The notes under the pieces were generated by a model that saw only the letters and a program-made list of their open reading frames with translations, did not search any database and was not told where the DNA came from. This document shows, piece after piece, positions 8,518-15,337 of a stretch of 32,000 nt of DNA. Made by a program: the position numbers and the translations under genes. This stretch comes from Aquifex aeolicus VF5 (GTDB lineage: Bacteria > Aquificota > Aquificia > Aquificales > Aquificaceae), in assembly GCF_000008625.1 (NCBI RefSeq), contig NC_000918.1, positions 810,001-842,000 of the forward strand, in the 5' to 3' direction. Numbering within the stretch: position 1 is the stretch's first letter; every line of letters starts with the position of its first letter.

Positions 8518-8895
8518 ATGTGGGCCAGAGTACTTAAATTAATCTGCGAAGAGTTAGGAGACAGAGAGCTGTTCCTCTTGGAAGCTGACAAGGATCTTAA
8601 GTGGTTTGGAGCACCTGTAAAGGAAGTGTGTGAAAAGGTAAACTTTGACGCGAGGAACTCCGAAATAGCCCAGACCGTAAAGGCAAGCCTTCAGGAAGTT
8701 CAGGGAGAAGGATGGATAGTTTACGTAGATCCCTTTAATAACTTTGCGGATATATACGAGGCGAATAAACCCAGATACAGAAATAGGTGGAATCAGGAAA
8801 GACCTTACGACATAAGCGAAACACGTTTCCGCGTAGGATTTTTCCCTTCAAGGGAAGAGGCTTACGATTCTTCTTCAAGATTTCAAAGAGAATAA
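8518..8895 (+). CDS. Hypothetical protein, 125 aa, no recognised family
   Basis: Clean ORF with codon usage like its neighbours. TATAAT at 8505-8510 ends 7 nt before the ATG and there is no SD. It lies 36 nt downstream of rgy on the same strand. Confidence 0.5.
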   Translation: MWARVLKLICEELGDRELFLLEADKDLKWFGAPVKEVCEKVNFDARNSEIAQTVKASLQEVQGEGWIVYVDPFNNFADIYEANKPRYRNRWNQERPYDISETRFRVGFFPSREEAYDSSSRFQRE

Positions 8896-9023
8896 GGGAT
8901 CTTTACGACCTTAAATTGGACGTTATATACACTTAAACCGTTGTTTTAATTTTGAGCTTCCTCATAAACTTTTTAAGCTTAAATTATATCTTTAGGTAAC
9001 AAATTCTTTTGTGGAGGTTGTAC

Positions 9024-9743
9024 ATGGCTAAGAAAAATCCTATCCAGCCCGGACCAGAAGGATACATACCAACCCCTGCCGCATTCCAAGGATGTGACCT
9101 TCCTCCACCAGGAAAAGCACTCCTGTACGGAGAAATAGTAGACGAAGAAGTAGCAATGAGGGAAGCCGCAAAGGCACTCCTGACAAGAAGAAATCCCACT
9201 ATATTCCCCGGTCCTCTGGTCCTGTGGGGATGGAACGCGGACGCAATGGAAAAAGCAAAAGCAGTTCTGGAACTCGCCATGGAAATTCCCAACTGCAGAA
9301 TTATCCCCATGCCCGACTACAGACCCAAGTACCCCAAAATTGACCCAGAAGCGGAAATAAACCCGAACCACCCCAACTTAACGATACTTCACAACAAAAT
9401 AGAGGCTTGTATCTTTGTAGGCGTTCACTGTCACTACGCAAACTTATCTTTAAGGATGATAAGGGCGGGAACGAACTGCTTTACCATAGCTCTATGTGCT
9501 GAAATGGGACACGAAGACGCAATGGTTTCCCTAAGAGACGTTCACGCGGATGAAATAAGGAAGTTCAGGGACGTTGTAGTAGAAGTCAGAAAGGAACTCG
9601 GAATAGAGTGGGAACCCAAACTACCCCCGGAAAATCCATCACTTCCAAAAGAAGACTGGGTCAAGATATCACCCCTGGACTTCGGAGAGTATGCGTATCT
9701 GCTTATCCCCAGAAGGGGTGAAATAGTAGAAGAAAGTGAATAA
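9024..9743 (+). CDS. forD: Five-subunit-type 2-oxoacid:ferredoxin oxidoreductase, D subunit (for-type operon, likely 2-oxoglutarate-specific)
   Basis: Paralog of the 30172-30741 product (long identical peptide runs such as DYRPKYPKIDPE, INPNHPNLTI, GVHCHYAN). The ATG at 9024 has GGAGG 6 nt upstream; the track's TTG at 9009 is probably too early. The D-A-B-G-E order matches the forDABGE arrangement described in Hydrogenobacter thermophilus. Confidence 0.7.
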   Translation: MAKKNPIQPGPEGYIPTPAAFQGCDLPPPGKALLYGEIVDEEVAMREAAKALLTRRNPTIFPGPLVLWGWNADAMEKAKAVLELAMEIPNCRIIPMPDYRPKYPKIDPEAEINPNHPNLTILHNKIEACIFVGVHCHYANLSLRMIRAGTNCFTIALCAEMGHEDAMVSLRDVHADEIRKFRDVVVEVRKELGIEWEPKLPPENPSLPKEDWVKISPLDFGEYAYLLIPRRGEIVEESE

Positions 9744-9762
9744 CAATTGAGGAGGTGTTGTA

Positions 9763-10932
9763 ATGCCTGAGCAAAGAGTTGTTGAGCCTGACTACCTTCT
9801 TTTAGAGGCTCCAAGGGAGAAAAAATTTATTACCGGATCTCAGGCTTTTGCAGAAGCTGTAAAGAGGGCTAACGTAGACGTCGCTATAGCTTACCCCATA
9901 ACTCCCCAATCCGAAACCATGCACCTAGTCGGTGACCTTTACGCACAAGGATACGTTAAGGATTACTATAGAGCGGAAGAAGAGTACGGTGCTATGTCCG
10001 CAATAGCGGGAGCGGTGAGAGGAGGAGCAAGAGCCTTTACCGCAACATCGGGTCCAGGACTTCTGAGAGGTCTTGAGGCTATAGTTTCATGGCCTGGACA
10101 CAGAATTCCCGCAGTTCTCGGTGTAATGACCAGAGTCGTAAACGCACCCCTCTCCATACAGCCCGACAACGTTGAAATATCCTACTTACTTAACTCAGGA
10201 CTCGTAGTTCTCCACGCTGAAAACCAGCAGGACGTTTTTGACTTTACACTGGCAGGTTTCGTGATCTCCGAAAAAGTAGACGTTTACCTGCCGGTCGTAG
10301 TTGCAACGGAAGGTTTCTTCGTAACTCACGCAAAAGGTTACGTAGAACTCCCACCTGAAGATATGAAACTCCCACCGAGAGATCCTTACAAAGCACCGGT
10401 ACCGCCCACCGACTGTGAAATACCTCCTGCGAGAATACAGAGAGACGCTCCGGTTCAGAAGTCAAACTTCATGAGCTACCTTATACACGCTGTATGGCAG
10501 CAGGAAGTTTGGTCCGCAAACAGGAGAGCTGCAAAGTGGATTAAGCACTACCTCGGTGGACTCATAGAAGTTGTAAACCCAGACGCGGAAGTGTTCGTAG
10601 TAGCTTCCGGATGTGCAGCCGCACAGGGTAGGGAAGCTCAAAGGTACGCTACTATGGAAGGCCTAAACGTAGGTCTAATAAAGGTAAAATCCCTCAGACC
10701 GTTCCCCGTGGACGAAATAAGGGAAGCTCTCAAGAACGCAAAAGCCGTAATAGTTCCCGAGCACAACATAGTTGGATGGCTCGCAAAAGAAGTAAAAGCT
10801 GCTATACCCAACAGCGGAATAGTTGTTGACGGTCCGAGAGTTTACGGAGGAATGACCCTACCCGTTGAACTTATAATGGAAGAAATTTACAAAGCCTTCG
10901 GTATTAAGAAGGAAAAGAAGGTTGTTGTTTAA
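9763..10932 (+). CDS. forA: 2-oxoacid:ferredoxin oxidoreductase alpha subunit
   Basis: 389 aa with the OFOR alpha N-terminal signature (GSQAFAEAVKRANVDVAIAYPITPQSE, SGPGL). A strong GAGGAGGTG SD precedes it. Confidence 0.8.
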   Translation: MPEQRVVEPDYLLLEAPREKKFITGSQAFAEAVKRANVDVAIAYPITPQSETMHLVGDLYAQGYVKDYYRAEEEYGAMSAIAGAVRGGARAFTATSGPGLLRGLEAIVSWPGHRIPAVLGVMTRVVNAPLSIQPDNVEISYLLNSGLVVLHAENQQDVFDFTLAGFVISEKVDVYLPVVVATEGFFVTHAKGYVELPPEDMKLPPRDPYKAPVPPTDCEIPPARIQRDAPVQKSNFMSYLIHAVWQQEVWSANRRAAKWIKHYLGGLIEVVNPDAEVFVVASGCAAAQGREAQRYATMEGLNVGLIKVKSLRPFPVDEIREALKNAKAVIVPEHNIVGWLAKEVKAAIPNSGIVVDGPRVYGGMTLPVELIMEEIYKAFGIKKEKKVVV

Positions 10933-10955
10933 AAAAACTTTAAGGAGGTGTTGAT

Positions 10956-11825
10956 ATGGGTCTGGAATACGTAAGAATTTCTCCAGGATTTGAAAAATAC
11001 ATGCCCAGAGACTACGTGGATCTCGTTAAGTACGGGCCCTTCGGAAGAAAAGTAGACGTAATGGATATGGGCCAATTCAAGGAACTCGTTGAAGAACACC
11101 CCATGTGCGCTGGATGCTACATGGCTTACTTCATAAGGGTGTTCTACACGGCACTCCCCAATCCCGAGGACACAATAGTAATCGGAACGGCGGGATGTGC
11201 AAGGCTCGCACTCTCACAAGCTGCAGTTCCCTTCATCTACGGTAACTACGGTGACACGAACGCAGTTGCATCTGGTCTAAAGAGGGCACTTTCTATAAGG
11301 TTCCCCGACAAACACAAGGACGTTGTAGTTATAGCAGGTGACGGTGGTCTCATAGACATCGGTTTTGGTATGACGATGCACTCCTGGTTCAGAAGGGAAA
11401 AGTTCACTACCATAATGGTTGACAACGAAGTTTACGGAAACACTGGCGGACAGGAAAGCGGAATGTCTCCCAAAGGCGTTCAACTCAAGATGGCTCCTTT
11501 AGGAAAGAAGTTCGATAAGATAAACGCCGTTGAACTTGCAAAGACTGCTGGATGTGTTTACGTTGCAAGAATTTCTCCCACAAACCCCAAGAGAATAGCT
11601 AAGACCATAAGAAGGGCGATACTTGCCGCAAGACACTTTGGTCCTACCTTCATCCACGCGTACACCTCCTGTAACATAGAGTACTCCATACCCACGAGAG
11701 AAGTTCTCGCAGACGCAAGGAAGAGGGAAAAGCAGGACTTCAAGTTCTACGAATGGATGACGGACGAAGTTAAGGAATTCCTTGAAGAAGTTGAAAGGAA
11801 GGAAAAGCAGGAGGTTAAGAAATGA
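10956..11825 (+). CDS. forB: 2-oxoacid:ferredoxin oxidoreductase beta subunit (TPP-binding)
   Basis: 289 aa with a TPP-binding motif region (GDGGLIDIGFG...N..YGNTGGQ) and Cys residues typical of the OFOR beta subunit. SD is AAGGAGGTG. Confidence 0.8.
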   Translation: MGLEYVRISPGFEKYMPRDYVDLVKYGPFGRKVDVMDMGQFKELVEEHPMCAGCYMAYFIRVFYTALPNPEDTIVIGTAGCARLALSQAAVPFIYGNYGDTNAVASGLKRALSIRFPDKHKDVVVIAGDGGLIDIGFGMTMHSWFRREKFTTIMVDNEVYGNTGGQESGMSPKGVQLKMAPLGKKFDKINAVELAKTAGCVYVARISPTNPKRIAKTIRRAILAARHFGPTFIHAYTSCNIEYSIPTREVLADARKREKQDFKFYEWMTDEVKEFLEEVERKEKQEVKK

Positions 11826-12514
11826 AAAGGTACAACATAAGAATAGCCGGTGTTGGTGGGCAGGGGGTCGTTACCTCTGCCCACATTATTGGAAACGCTA
11901 TGGCAGCCGCCGGAAAGTACGCCTCCCTGGTACCCTTCTTCGGTTCTGAAAAGAGAATGGCTCCCGTTGAAGCTTACGTCAGGGCTTCAGATCAGCCCAT
12001 TTACGAAGTCGGTGAAGTTGTTTACCCCAACGTTATCATGATTTACCACCCTCAGGTTATAACTCACGGTAAGTCCTACACAATGCCCTTCTACTCCGGA
12101 CTAAAAGAGAATGGAATGATAATAATTAACTCGGACGTAGACATAATTCCCGATGAAGACAAGAAAATACTCGAAGAACTAAACGCAAAGATTTACTACA
12201 TTCCAGCTACCCAGATAGCGAGGGACATAGCCGGAACGGAACTCGCCACGAACATGGCTATGGTGGGAACTTTCTTCGGTATCACGAGACTCGTTACTCT
12301 CGAACACATAGAAAAGGCTTTAATTGAAAGGTTCCTAGGAGGAACTTTCGTAGCATCAGGTGGTACCACGGCACTTGACTCCGCAATTGAAAAGAAATTC
12401 AAGAAGAAACAAGAACTCCTTGCAAAGAACATGGAGGTTATTAAGTACACGATGAAGATGGCTGAAGAAAACGGCTGGGTAGAGGAGGAAGAAGAGCAGG
12501 TAAAAGCCCAGTAG
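11822..12514 (+). CDS. forG: 2-oxoacid:ferredoxin oxidoreductase gamma subunit
   Basis: 230 aa starting ...IRIAGVGGQGVVT (the GxGGQG gamma-subunit motif). Its ATG overlaps the forB stop (ATGA). Confidence 0.8.
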   Translation: MKRYNIRIAGVGGQGVVTSAHIIGNAMAAAGKYASLVPFFGSEKRMAPVEAYVRASDQPIYEVGEVVYPNVIMIYHPQVITHGKSYTMPFYSGLKENGMIIINSDVDIIPDEDKKILEELNAKIYYIPATQIARDIAGTELATNMAMVGTFFGITRLVTLEHIEKALIERFLGGTFVASGGTTALDSAIEKKFKKKQELLAKNMEVIKYTMKMAEENGWVEEEEEQVKAQ

Positions 12515-12527
12515 GAGGTATAGATAG

Positions 12528-12764
12528 ATGTACTTTGTGGCTGATGTAAAAGAAAAAGAATGTGCTCAGTACAACTGCAAACAGTGCGTTCTCTTCTGCC
12601 CTGAGCCAAACTGCTTGAACTTTAAGGCTTCTACGAACAGCGCTTGGGTATGGTACGACAGGTGTAAGGGATGCGAAATCTGCGTTTACGTGTGTTCTGA
12701 CCTCTTAAAGAGACACTGCATTGAAATGGTAATGGTAACGCCCAAGGCTACGGCAAAATCTTAA
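12528..12764 (+). CDS. forE: Small 2x[4Fe-4S] ferredoxin-like subunit of five-subunit OFOR
   Basis: 78 aa with two Cys clusters (C-x4-C-x2-C-x3-CP and C-x2-C-x2-C-x3-C). It is a paralog of the 29920-30159 product. SD is TAGGAGGT. Confidence 0.75.
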   Translation: MYFVADVKEKECAQYNCKQCVLFCPEPNCLNFKASTNSAWVWYDRCKGCEICVYVCSDLLKRHCIEMVMVTPKATAKS

Positions 12765-12810
12765 GCCTTTTCCCTTTCTCTGTTATACTTTTCTTTAAGG
12801 GAGGTGAAGT

Positions 12811-13143
12811 GTGACCATAAACGAAAAAGAAATTGAAAAATTAAAGAAGCTTGCGAAGGAACTGGAAGACTTACCGGTCGGTGTAGATATTGACTTGGAA
12901 GTTTGTTTTGACGATGTTGTGAAGGAAGAAGGCTGTGAAGTTGACTTAACACCCGGTTACAAACCTCAGTATCCGTACGTGAAGATCGTTTACAAAACTG
13001 GAGACGGAGACCTTTTTGAGAAGAAGATAGAAATACCACCCGAAATACTCAAAAAAGACATTAAAGAAATAAAGGAATTTGTAACCTTTGCAATAGAACA
13101 ATTTATGGAAGAAATAGACAGCGTGGAGTACGGAGGAGAATAA
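12811..13143 (+). CDS. Hypothetical acidic protein, 110 aa
   Basis: GTG start with AAGGGAGGTGA SD (GGAGG ends 6 nt upstream). Glu/Lys-rich with no recognised motif. It lies 46 nt downstream of forE. Confidence 0.55.
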   Translation: MTINEKEIEKLKKLAKELEDLPVGVDIDLEVCFDDVVKEEGCEVDLTPGYKPQYPYVKIVYKTGDGDLFEKKIEIPPEILKKDIKEIKEFVTFAIEQFMEEIDSVEYGGE

Positions 13144-13158
13144 GTATAATCTTTCTTA

Positions 13159-14772
13159 ATGTCTAAAAAGGTTGTAATACTCGGAAGCGGACCCAACAGA
13201 ATAGGACAAGGTATAGAGTTCGATTACGCCTGTGTTCACGCCGTTTTTTCTCTTCAAGAAGAAGGTTATTACGCCGTAATGGTTAACTGCAATCCCGAAA
13301 CCGTTTCTACCGACTACGACACAGCCGATAAACTCTACTTTGAGCCTATTGTCTTTGAACACGTAATGGACATAATAGAGCGAGAAAAACCCGAAGGCGT
13401 TATACTCCAGTTTGGCGGACAAACCCCTCTGAAGCTAGCACTCCCGCTTCAAAAAAACGGAGTAAAAATCTTAGGAACTAAACCCGAAAGCATAGACAAA
13501 GCTGAGGACAGGGAACTTTTCAGGGAATTAATAATAGAGCTGGGGCTCAAGCAACCACCAAGCGGTACTGCAAGAACAAAAGAAGAAGCCCTAAAAATAG
13601 CAAAGGAAATAGGCTTCCCCGTTCTTGTGAGACCCTCTTACGTACTCGGCGGAAGGGCTATGCGGATAGTCTACGACGAGGAAGAATTGAAGGAATACCT
13701 CGAAGAGGCTGTAAGCGTAAGTCATGAGAGACCCGTATTAATAGACAAATTCCTTGACAACAGTATAGAACTGGACGTTGACGCGGTATCTGACGGAAAA
13801 GACGTTTTAATCGGAGCGGTTATGGAGCACATAGAAGAGGCGGGAGTTCACTCCGGAGACAGCGCTACTTCAATACCCCCCTACTCCCTTTCCAAGGAAA
13901 TTGTAGAAGAAGTAAAGGAACAGACGAGAAAACTCGCCGTAGCCCTTGAGGTAAAGGGACTCATAAACGTTCAGTACGCGGTTCAAAACAACGAGGTTTA
14001 CGTCCTTGAGGTAAACCCGCGGGCTTCTAGAACGGTTCCCTTCGTCAGCAAAAGTATAGGTTATCCCCTTGCAAAAATAGCAACTAAAGTTGCAATTGGG
14101 AAAAGCTTGAGGGAAATACTACCGGAAGTCTTTGAAAGACTTGAGAAAGGAGAGGCACACTTTGCCTCGGATTTCCTCCCTAAAGAAAAAAAGATATTCT
14201 CTGTAAAGGAAGTCGTATTTCCCTGGAAACGTTTTCCGGAAGTTGACCCGATTTTAGGGCCGGAAATGAAGAGTACGGGGGAGGTTATGGGGATAGATAA
14301 AGAGTTCGGACTCGCCTACTACAAGGCTCAGCTTTCAGCTGGCTACAGACTTCCAGAAAAGGGAAACTTATTTATAAGCGTTGCGGACAGGGACAAACCC
14401 AAAATCCTTGAACTTGCAAAAGAATTTGAGAAACTCGGTTTTGGTATATATGCAACTTCCGGTACTTACAAATTTCTAAAGGAGCACGGTGTAAACGCCA
14501 AAAGGGTTTTGAAGGTTTCAGAAGGCAGACCTAACGTTGTTGACATGATAATAAACGGAGAAATTCATCTGGTAATAAATACTCCCTCCGGAAAGCGTGA
14601 AAAGAGCGACGCTTATTACATAAGGAGGGCATGCGTTCAGTTTAACGTTCCTTACTACACTACGATGCGTGCGGGATACGCAGTTCTTGAAGCAATAAAA
14701 AGCATAAAGAAATTAAAAGAAGAAGGAAAAGGCTTAAGTGTTCATTCCCTTCAAGAGATTTATAATATTTAG
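13159..14772 (+). CDS. carB: Carbamoyl-phosphate synthetase large subunit, C-terminal (second ATP-grasp + MGS-like allosteric) half, encoded as a separate gene
   Basis: 537 aa starting KKVVILGSGPNRIGQGIEFDY (the start of the second CarB synthetase repeat). It continues through the ATP-grasp (VLVRPSYVLGGRAM, EVNPRASRT) and ends with an MGS-like domain (LFISVADRDK...ATSGT...NTP). No first-half coding sequence lies upstream. Confidence 0.9.
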   Translation: MSKKVVILGSGPNRIGQGIEFDYACVHAVFSLQEEGYYAVMVNCNPETVSTDYDTADKLYFEPIVFEHVMDIIEREKPEGVILQFGGQTPLKLALPLQKNGVKILGTKPESIDKAEDRELFRELIIELGLKQPPSGTARTKEEALKIAKEIGFPVLVRPSYVLGGRAMRIVYDEEELKEYLEEAVSVSHERPVLIDKFLDNSIELDVDAVSDGKDVLIGAVMEHIEEAGVHSGDSATSIPPYSLSKEIVEEVKEQTRKLAVALEVKGLINVQYAVQNNEVYVLEVNPRASRTVPFVSKSIGYPLAKIATKVAIGKSLREILPEVFERLEKGEAHFASDFLPKEKKIFSVKEVVFPWKRFPEVDPILGPEMKSTGEVMGIDKEFGLAYYKAQLSAGYRLPEKGNLFISVADRDKPKILELAKEFEKLGFGIYATSGTYKFLKEHGVNAKRVLKVSEGRPNVVDMIINGEIHLVINTPSGKREKSDAYYIRRACVQFNVPYYTTMRAGYAVLEAIKSIKKLKEEGKGLSVHSLQEIYNI

Positions 14773-14800
14773 TTAGTAAATCCTAACAGGAGGTGGAAGG

Positions 14801-14884
14801 ATGGGCGACGTAATGATAGCTGTTATAACTATCGTAGTTTTACTCGCGTTAATACCCGTATTCTCAAAGCTTCTTCCCGCTTAA
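14801..14884 (+). CDS. Candidate small hydrophobic membrane peptide, 27 aa (MGDVMIAVITIVVLLALIPVFSKLLPA)
   Basis: It falls below the ORF-track length cutoff. The ATG is preceded by CAGGAGGTGGAAGG (an SD as strong as those of confirmed genes here). It encodes a single predicted TM helix, fills the carB-sixA gap, and its stop lies 3 nt before the sixA ATG. Confidence 0.45.
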   Translation: MGDVMIAVITIVVLLALIPVFSKLLPA

Positions 14885-14887
14885 GCC

Positions 14888-15337
14888 ATGTTTTGGGTTT
14901 TTCTCGTAAGGCACGGTGAGGCTTATCCCGAAGAGGTAGACCCTCAAAGACCTTTAACCGAAAAGGGAAGGAAAGATACAGAAAAGATCGCGAAAGCCCT
15001 GAAAAATTTCGGTGTAAAACCTGAACTGATATACACTTCTCCTAAGCTGAGGGCAAAACAAACCGCAAAAATAATTGCGAACATTTTAGGTGTTGAAAAA
15101 ATCAGGGAAACGGAACTCCTCCTTCCGAATACCGATCCAAAAGAAACTTCAAAGCTGATTGACGGAAAAAACGTAGTCCTTTGCGGACACCTTCCCAATC
15201 TCGCCCGCTTGTTTTCCTTACTTTATCTGTCTGAAGACAACGAAAGAAGGGTTAATTTATCCACATCTGGAGCTTTAGTTCTCAAATGGAAAGATTTCTG
15301 GGTTTTAGAACTCCTCTTGGAGCCCTCGGTGTTGTAA
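14888..15337 (+). CDS. sixA: Histidine phosphatase superfamily protein, SixA-like phosphohistidine phosphatase
   Basis: 149 aa with N-terminal LVRHGEA (the RHG catalytic motif) and a later GH (CGHLPNL). The short single-domain size is typical of SixA. Confidence 0.65.
   Translation: MFWVFLVRHGEAYPEEVDPQRPLTEKGRKDTEKIAKALKNFGVKPELIYTSPKLRAKQTAKIIANILGVEKIRETELLLPNTDPKETSKLIDGKNVVLCGHLPNLARLFSLLYLSEDNERRVNLSTSGALVLKWKDFWVLELLLEPSVL

Noticed and set aside
9009-9023. The TTG start at 9009 given by the ORF track for the forD ORF (MWRLYMAKK...).
   Set aside because: The GGAGG at 9013-9017 would then lie inside the coding region. It is positioned 6 nt upstream of the ATG at 9024, and the paralog porD aligns from MAK..., so 9024 is the more likely start.
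8896-9023. The 128-nt AT-rich leader region upstream of forD as a riboswitch, small RNA, or clear promoter.
   Set aside because: I found no convincing stem-loops, no conserved riboswitch-like motifs, and no -35/-10 pair with proper spacing (TTGTTT-16-CATAAA and an isolated TATATC are weak). It is probably an ordinary promoter region that I cannot resolve by eye.
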